Source: Babesia bigemina (Eukaryota). Taken from it: a stretch of DNA of 64,000 bases. The translations under genes were made by a program, and so were the position numbers. Shown here in pieces: positions 57,816 through 64,000 of this stretch. The stretch is from assembly GCF_000981445.1 (NCBI RefSeq), contig NC_027217.1, positions 1,612,001 to 1,676,000 of the forward strand, given 5' to 3'. Numbering within the stretch: position 1 is the stretch's first letter; the number at the start of each line of letters is the position of its first letter. Under the pieces are notes generated by a model, which made no database searches, was not told the DNA's origin, and worked only from the letters and a program-made list of their open reading frames with translations.

Positions 57816-60089
57816 TTAGTCATCTACGGGCTCCTTCTCCGGCTCCAGGGTCACGAGGTCGTCGATACGAAGTATCGTGACCGCCGCTTCGGTGGCGAAC
57901 TTGATCGATTTGATCTTGCTGACCGTAGCCTCCAGTACTCCCGCGGAGAGGTTGTTGCGGAGCTCGCCATCAGCGAGGCTGATTCCGTACCACCTGTAAT
58001 CCGCATCTTCGGGCGAGATCGGACCTTCCGCTTGAGCTTTTGCGTGGAAGGCTCGCAGTTTCGCAACCAGCTCCGTGGCGTCGAGGGCGGCATTCAGGGC
58101 CAGTGTCTTCGGAATCACTAGTAGCGATTCGGCGAATTCCGCCATTGCCATCTGTTCCCGAGAACCCTGAAACAGTGTCATTCACAGCGTATCATAAGAT
58201 ATCCGTAGTAACCGCAGGGAGATCACTTCGCGTTTTTATATGCAACGTCACAACAGAGAGGACTGCCGTCAGGTCGACATGAAAAGTAGGAAAATAACCA
58301 TAAGCACATATTTTACGCGCATATATGACTAAAATGCTATTACTCGGGCGTACTGTGGAAGAAACGCGAGTCAACAGCAGGGATGATAACCACGTCACAT
58401 AGCACAGCCCTTTGCTTCGACATCAGAACAAATAAAAAGCTTTAATGCGACGCATCCGCAATGACAACCCGCGTACGCATTGTAATAGGCTTATAATAAA
58501 GTAAACACTCGATAGAATAGCTGGACAACACACAACAGCGAATTGGTTCGTTAACATAGCTTGTCATCATTCTCCACGTTTATAGAACCACGTTGTCAGA
58601 ATGTAAGCCATGTTAAAGAACCACATTTGCAGAATTTGAAACACGGTACCAATGTACAAGCAGTATACATTGACGTACAATCCTCATATGCACAAGCAAC
58701 GATGCACCGATCCACGTGCCACGCAGAACCTACCAAGGTACGCGCAAAGCGCTCGAGGTGGAGCGATAATGCCGTCTCTACACAGCCTCCGCCGGGAACC
58801 AGCGAGTCCTGCTCGAGAGCGCGGCTGGTGGCGCAGAGAGCGTCGTGAACAGACCGCTCGGCCTCGTCGACCATGAAGTCATTGGCGCCCCTGAGAATTA
58901 TGGTGGCCGCGCGCGAGGTGCTGCAGCCCTCGAAGAAGCTGAAGTCCACGTCGCCGACACGCTCCTCGTAGACCTTGTCACAGCGACCAAGGGAGTCTTC
59001 CGGGAATGCCTCGTCGCCCTCGAATGTGGACATGGTGAGCACGACCTTGCCTGCAACGCTTGACAGGACACCACACTCGGAACCTACCACCGGTCAGGCG
59101 CGCTATTCTGCGCAAATCCTTCTTAGGCACGCGGCGGTAAGCCATCACGCCCGCCTCCAGGAAGTACTTGAGTGACATGTCGTCGATGCCCTGGGAGGTC
59201 AGCACGACGTTGGCGCCACTTGCCAGAATCTTCGCAATGCGCTCCTTCGTCACGTTCTTCTCCTTGAGGCGGATCTGCTCGAGCTCGACGGGGTCAGTGA
59301 TTTGCACCTGCACGCCGAAATGCAGGCGGTAGTGCTTTATGGCGAAGTCCAAAAAGGCGATCTTGGCTCCGCTGATGTCGATGGGCATGCCCTGGGCGGC
59401 GCGGCCCATCATCAGCGCGTATCCATTAACCAGGTACGAGTCACGCGTGCTCTTGCCGTGCGTCTTCAGGATGTTAATAGCGTCCACGGGGAAGCGGCGG
59501 TTCCCGGCCTCGTCAGCCGTCTCCACCGCCTTGATGGCCTTCACAACCATCTCGGAGAAGTAGTCGAGGTTGACGCGGAGCATCTTGGACGACAGCGTCG
59601 TGCGCGCGATGTTGACGACCACGTCCTCGCCCAGATCGCTCATGCGCTTGCTGAGGTGCTCCTTGATGTACTTCACACACTCCCTGATGGCCATTTTGTA
59701 CCCCGCGATGATGGACGTCGCGTGGATGCCCATGTTCGCCAGGTCGTTCGCGCGCCTCAGCAGCTCCACGGCCAGCAGCACCACCGAAGTAGTGCCGTCG
59801 CCGACCTCCTGGTCCTGCAGGTCGCTCAGGTCGACGAGCATCTTAGCCGCAGGGTGCTGTACCTCCAGCTGCTTCAGGATGGTGGCGCCGTCGTTGGAAA
59901 TGGTGACGTCTCCGACGTCGTCCACCAGCATCTTGTCCAGACCCTTCGGGCCGAGGCTGGAGCGCAGGACATTGGCAATGGCTTGGACCGCCAACACTAC
60001 GAAGGATGAGCAGCGTCAGTCGCGAACCTACCGTTGCGGCTGCGGACCTCCTTGCCAGTGATGCGTTCTCCCAAAATACCGAGCGACAT
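57816..60089 (-). CDS. TCP1: T-complex protein 1 subunit alpha (CCT1)
   Basis: Motifs SSLGPKGLDKMLVDDVGDVTISNDGATIL, EVGDGTTSVV, ILRGANDFMVDEAERSVHDALC and KIKSIKFATEAAVTILRIDD. Three introns, the last at 58167-58733. Confidence 0.97.
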
Positions 60090-60836
60090 TTTGGTGAATT
60101 ATGTGTACCCCGGCGATGGTGTGCAAAGCGATGTATTATGCGGGCAACGCCGTGTACGCCGACCGTTGGCACGACGGCGACAGCACCACCATACGGGACG
60201 TCTTCTTGCGCCGAACGAAAAGATAATTGTACAACGGCTAAGGGTGTCAATATCTGTGTGTCTCCGCGCCGGGCGCTGTCTTTGCAACGTCAGCGCCAGA
60301 AGGCGTGGAAGGCCGGGTGCCGACACTCCGTCTCGCATTGCCATACGTGGCTACGCGAAACACATCGGACGATTAAGGCGCAGAAACGTTAGCAACGTTA
60401 GAGCTCAGTTGTTTGTGTTAAATATTACCCTTTGCGTCGCCGGAATCCGATGCAACAATTCAGCATCAACGCCTGTACCGACTGGTCGGCAGACGAAGTG
60501 TAAAATACGGAACTCCGAGACCTCTTAGCCCATAAAATATCTACACGACGCGTTAACAGTTTTACACGGCAAAGATGGCGCCTGTTCAATACGCGCCGTT
60601 GACACCTCTCAGTAGCGACACTAGGCGGTGTTGATATGAAATTTCGGTTAGAGCAACGAATCGACAAACAGGTCACGAATTACTTGATGTGACGGCGGTC
60701 GAGCGTGGGGCAGCAGGACGCGTTTTCATCGCGGCTGGCGACGGGGCGGCTGCTGCCTTACAAACCTCAGCCGGCGTGGGGACCGCAGGAACTCAGTGCA
60801 AGTTCTGCCTCGCGTTTCCGGACGCTACAACCTGAG

Positions 60837-60900
60837 ATGATGATATGCAGACGGGCGATCTATAAGCTGCAAAAGCGGCTGTGCAGATGTCTATGACTGA
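60837..60900 (+). ncRNA. Weaker candidate box C/D snoRNA
   Basis: C box ATGATGA at 60837-60843 and D box CTGA at 60897-60900. Internal GACGGGCG is complementary to the conserved SSU rRNA CGCCCGUC. The terminal stem is weak. Confidence 0.35.
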
Positions 60901-61137
60901 TTACACGTTGCGGTGGCCAGCGCAGCCGGCCCCGTTTCAAAAGCGGTTCTTGCACCCCGTCAGCCGCACGACGTTAACGTGCCGCGCTTTTAATGTTTAG
61001 AAGAAATATATATTAATTTTGTTATTATACACCCTGCATAGTAAGTTGCGTACCGCGACTCGGCGCCGCAGCCCAGCCGAGGCGTAGGCTGCTTGTTAGC
61101 CGGCCTGTTTTCCGTCTAGCCAGCACTGTCCCCTGCT

Positions 61138-61214
61138 GCAATCACTATGATGAAACTCATTACGGACTGGAGTGTATGACTCTATGATTCAAAAATACTG
61201 TCTGACGTGATTGC
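61138..61214 (+). ncRNA. Candidate box C/D snoRNA (about 77 nt)
   Basis: Perfect 8-bp terminal stem GCAATCAC (61138-61145) / GTGATTGC (61207-61214). C box ATGATGA at 61147-61153, D box CTGA at 61202-61205, plus internal D'/C'-like ATGA (61176) and ATGATT (61184). Confidence 0.7.
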
Positions 61215-62687
61215 CTAGTGGCAGGGACACAGACAAGGCATCTTGGACGCTGGCACGTCGTCAACCGGCGTGATGTCGTCCCTCTTGTACGGCACTGACG
61301 GCACTTTCACACTATCCCCGGCCTTGCTGTCGTAGACCTCGATACCGCGCCACGGCGCTGCAGCACGCATTAGGGGGAGCACGTAACGACTTACAGATAC
61401 CGCAGCTGTAGTTGCGCTTGTGTAGCAGGAACATGACCGCGGCGGTGAGAAGGAATACAATTGCCGTGCCCATGACCATGCACTCCAGGGCAATCGCCGG
61501 CGTGCCGAGGAAGCCCGGCTTGGCGATGTAGAAGAACTTGCGCGCCTGCCACTCGCGGGCGGGCCACAGGTTGCTGGTCACGTGGACGAAGTACGTGCCG
61601 GCGTTGATGCCGTCCTTGAGGACGGCGTACTGCTTCACAAACGTCGAGTCGTACGGCAGCTGGATCCAGCTCCTGAAGAGCTGGTTACCCGGGTCGAACC
61701 ACAGGAAACCCTCGTCCCTGTCCACCGGCTCCACCTAGACGCGCATATATGTTTGGCGCAAGATATACATACCCTGGAGTGGTAAAAGCCATAGTCGTAC
61801 TCCGGAATATCCATGGAGAGCGCGAGGCAGTCGTCCCTCTTCGAAGCCAGGTTTGTGTCGGTTAGGTCGATTTTGTCATTCTTGGTGCACACCTCAAAGT
61901 TATCCGTCATCACGGTAGCGGATATGGGCCCGCACGGGTAGGCGGGACGCTTGAACACGGGATCGTCCTTATGTTGGCACCACTCGTCTATGCCGTTGAG
62001 CGTGTTCTTGCCGCCGATGCAGCGCAGGTTGAGAATCTGCTCGAAGGTGTTGAACGCTGCAAAGGTTATGACGGCCAAAGATGAGAACCCACTCTTGCAA
62101 TGCTGGTGGAAGATCTTCGAGGGGCTGGACTCGTAGGCCACCTTCTTGTGCGTGACGTAGAAGTCGGTGACCTTGTAGTACACGTACACGGGACCTGGCA
62201 GGTCCTTATCGATGGTAAGCACCATCGGGCGTTGGTAGTCGGTGTACTCGAGCTCCTTGGTGAACGACCTGAGCGAGGAAAATATCAACGCCAGGCCCAG
62301 ACCGAGCAGCACCAGGCCGAAGAGGCTGAACACCAAAATCGCGCCGCGAGGGGTGTAGACACGATAGACGTTCAAGTTGGGCGTGAATTCCATCTGACGA
62401 TACTTGTCTACGCGCTTGCGGTAGTTGGTTCCCGTGGCCTTCATCGACGGCAGCCAGAGGTACTCCACCTCGGGCTCCGCCATCGTGTCGCCGGTCGAGA
62501 ACAGGTTGCTGCCCCGAGGCGACTGCACATTCGGGAGAGTCATGCGCTGCGCCTGCGCGCCGGCGGCGGGCTGCGAGTGCGGGTCGGCGGTGGCATATTT
62601 CACGCTCTTCTTGAAAGCCTCGGAGCTAATGTCGGACAAGCGCAGGTCGGCAGAGCCCGCATTGTCCGCCGTCGACCCACGTTCCAT
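61215..62687 (-). CDS. CDC50: CDC50/LEM3 family P4-ATPase (flippase) beta subunit, multi-exon
   Basis: TM1 after YRVYTPRG. Motifs GPVYVYYKVTDFYVTHKK, AYPCGPISATV..D.F, NQLFRSWIQLP..STFVKQY, AGTY.V.V..LWP and KFFYIAKPGFLG, followed by TM2. Stop at 61215-61217. Confidence 0.85.
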
Positions 62688-62962
62688 ATTGCGCACGGTG
62701 TCACGCGCTGCCGCTGAGCCCCTCTACGCGTGCCAAGTCAACGCAGCTACAGCGCCGTCATGGGCGAGACACATCCGGTACTGCTCTGAGCTGGACCGGT
62801 AAATTTCATCTACGTTTAAAATTCATAAAAAAAGGAGACTGTTGCGCAGCGGGATACCATGCAAACCAAGTGGCGCGCGTCGACACACGCCGCCAAAAGA
62901 TCACCCGCCATGTCTTACACACATATACGCTAATACGCTAACACATACAAAGCACGGGTCTA

Positions 62963-64000
62963 TTAGTTCTCCTCCTCGAACGGGTTCGGAGAGAAAGGAT
63001 CCTGCGGAGAATACTCTGGACTCGTCGGCGAGTACGCCGGACTGGTAGGCGAGTACGCCGGGCTCGTCGGGGAGTAGGCCGGGCTCGTGGGTGAGTAGGC
63101 CGGACTTGTCGGCGAGTACGCGGGGCTCGTGGGCTGGTACACGGGGCTCGTCGGAGAGTAACCGAGGTTCGGACTCGTGGGCGAATACGCGGGACTGGTA
63201 GGCGAGTACGCCGGGCTGGTTGGCGAATACGCTGGACTCGTGGGCGAATACGCGGGACTGGTAGGCGAGTACGCGGGGCTTGTCGGCGAGTAGGCAGGAC
63301 TCGTTGGAGAGTATGCTGGGCTCGTTGGCGAGTAAGCGGGACTCGTCGGAGAGTATGCTGGGCTCGTAGGCGAGTAGGCCGGGCTGGTGGGCGAGTACAC
63401 GGGGCTTGTTGGGGAATAAGCCGGGCTCGCGGGGCTGTACACCGCCGCAGATTGGCCGTACACGGGGCTTGTCGGACTATACACGGGACTAGTCGGCGAG
63501 TACACCGGGCTAGTCGGAGACATCATGCCCATAGTTGGCGATAGGGGGTTCGGCGACAGCGGGTTCGGCGACAGCGGGTTCGGCGACAGCGGGGCGTACC
63601 CGGGACTCGCAGGCGACTGCGGCGACATCACGGTCGGAGAGAAGCTACCTCCGAGAGCCTTGGTGTCAATGGCAGGGGACGCCGCGAACCCGGGCGACGA
63701 CGCGTTGATCACCGGCGACATCATCAGAGCCGCGTACGACGGGCTGAACGGCAGCGGCGACAGCATCGAGTTTATTTTAGCCGGCGACATGGAATCCGGG
63801 CTCGTGGAGTCCGGGCTGGTGAATCCAGACATGGCGGAATCCGGCACGATCTGCAGGTTCTGGTTTGCGTCGCGAAGCTTCTCCTCGTCGATCATGATGT
63901 CGAAACAACCGGTACCCATGGGGCAAAGCTGACCCAGCATGACGTTCTCCGTGACACCCTTGAGGTTGTCCACCTCCGCGTAAACGGCGGCGTCCACCAG
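62963..64000 (-). CDS. RPB1: RNA polymerase II largest subunit, 3' part with CTD (partial)
   Basis: Domain [25 protein letters not shown], followed by a linker and about 24 heptads, mostly YSPTSPA. Confidence 0.98.
   Translation of the reverse strand: MVDAAVYAEVDNLKGVTENVMLGQLCPMGTGCFDIMIDEEKLRDANQNLQIVPDSAMSGFTSPDSTSPDSMSPAKINSMLSPLPFSPSYAALMMSPVINASSPGFAASPAIDTKALGGSFSPTVMSPQSPASPGYAPLSPNPLSPNPLSPNPLSPTMGMMSPTSPVYSPTSPVYSPTSPVYGQSAAVYSPASPAYSPTSPVYSPTSPAYSPTSPAYSPTSPAYSPTSPAYSPTSPAYSPTSPAYSPTSPAYSPTSPAYSPTSPAYSPTSPAYSPTSPNLGYSPTSPVYQPTSPAYSPTSPAYSPTSPAYSPTSPAYSPTSPAYSPTSPEYSPQDPFSPNPFEEEN

Overview
Gene-dense eukaryotic DNA with mostly 33-45 nt GT-AG introns, from a piroplasmid apicomplexan. 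It is almost certainly a Babesia, based on a short VESA1/ves-like gene, a multi-domain 6-Cys gene and an RPB1 CTD built from YSPTSPA heptads. Two GC-rich, tightly packed housekeeping blocks (about 1-19.3 kb and 42.4-64 kb) encode a gp210/NUP210-like nucleoporin, a giant HEAT/MROH-like protein, C-CAP, a SARNP/Tho1-like SAP protein, two tandem PhoD phosphatases, an ankyrin+PHAX protein, a METTL18/Hpm1-like methyltransferase, a BT1-like transporter, TCP1, CDC50 and the 3' end of RPB1. Between them is a looser, less GC-rich interval (about 19.4-42.3 kb). It contains a CMTR2-like cap methyltransferase, an INTS11-like nuclease, a secreted Glu-rich protein with about 14 x 126-bp repeats, a short ves-like gene and a 6-Cys gene. 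The most notable structures not explained by the ORF track are: (1) a near-perfect 284-bp inverted repeat pair (21855-22138 / 34980-35263) bracketing a 12.8-kb three-gene block; (2) a canonical-looking box C/D snoRNA at 61138-61214 that abuts the CDC50 stop codon on the opposite strand, with a weaker second candidate upstream; and (3) an acidic type I membrane protein carrying an array of SFLE-like aspartyl-protease sites. All identifications come from reading the sequence and recalling family motifs. No searches were run, and exon boundaries were inferred by eye.
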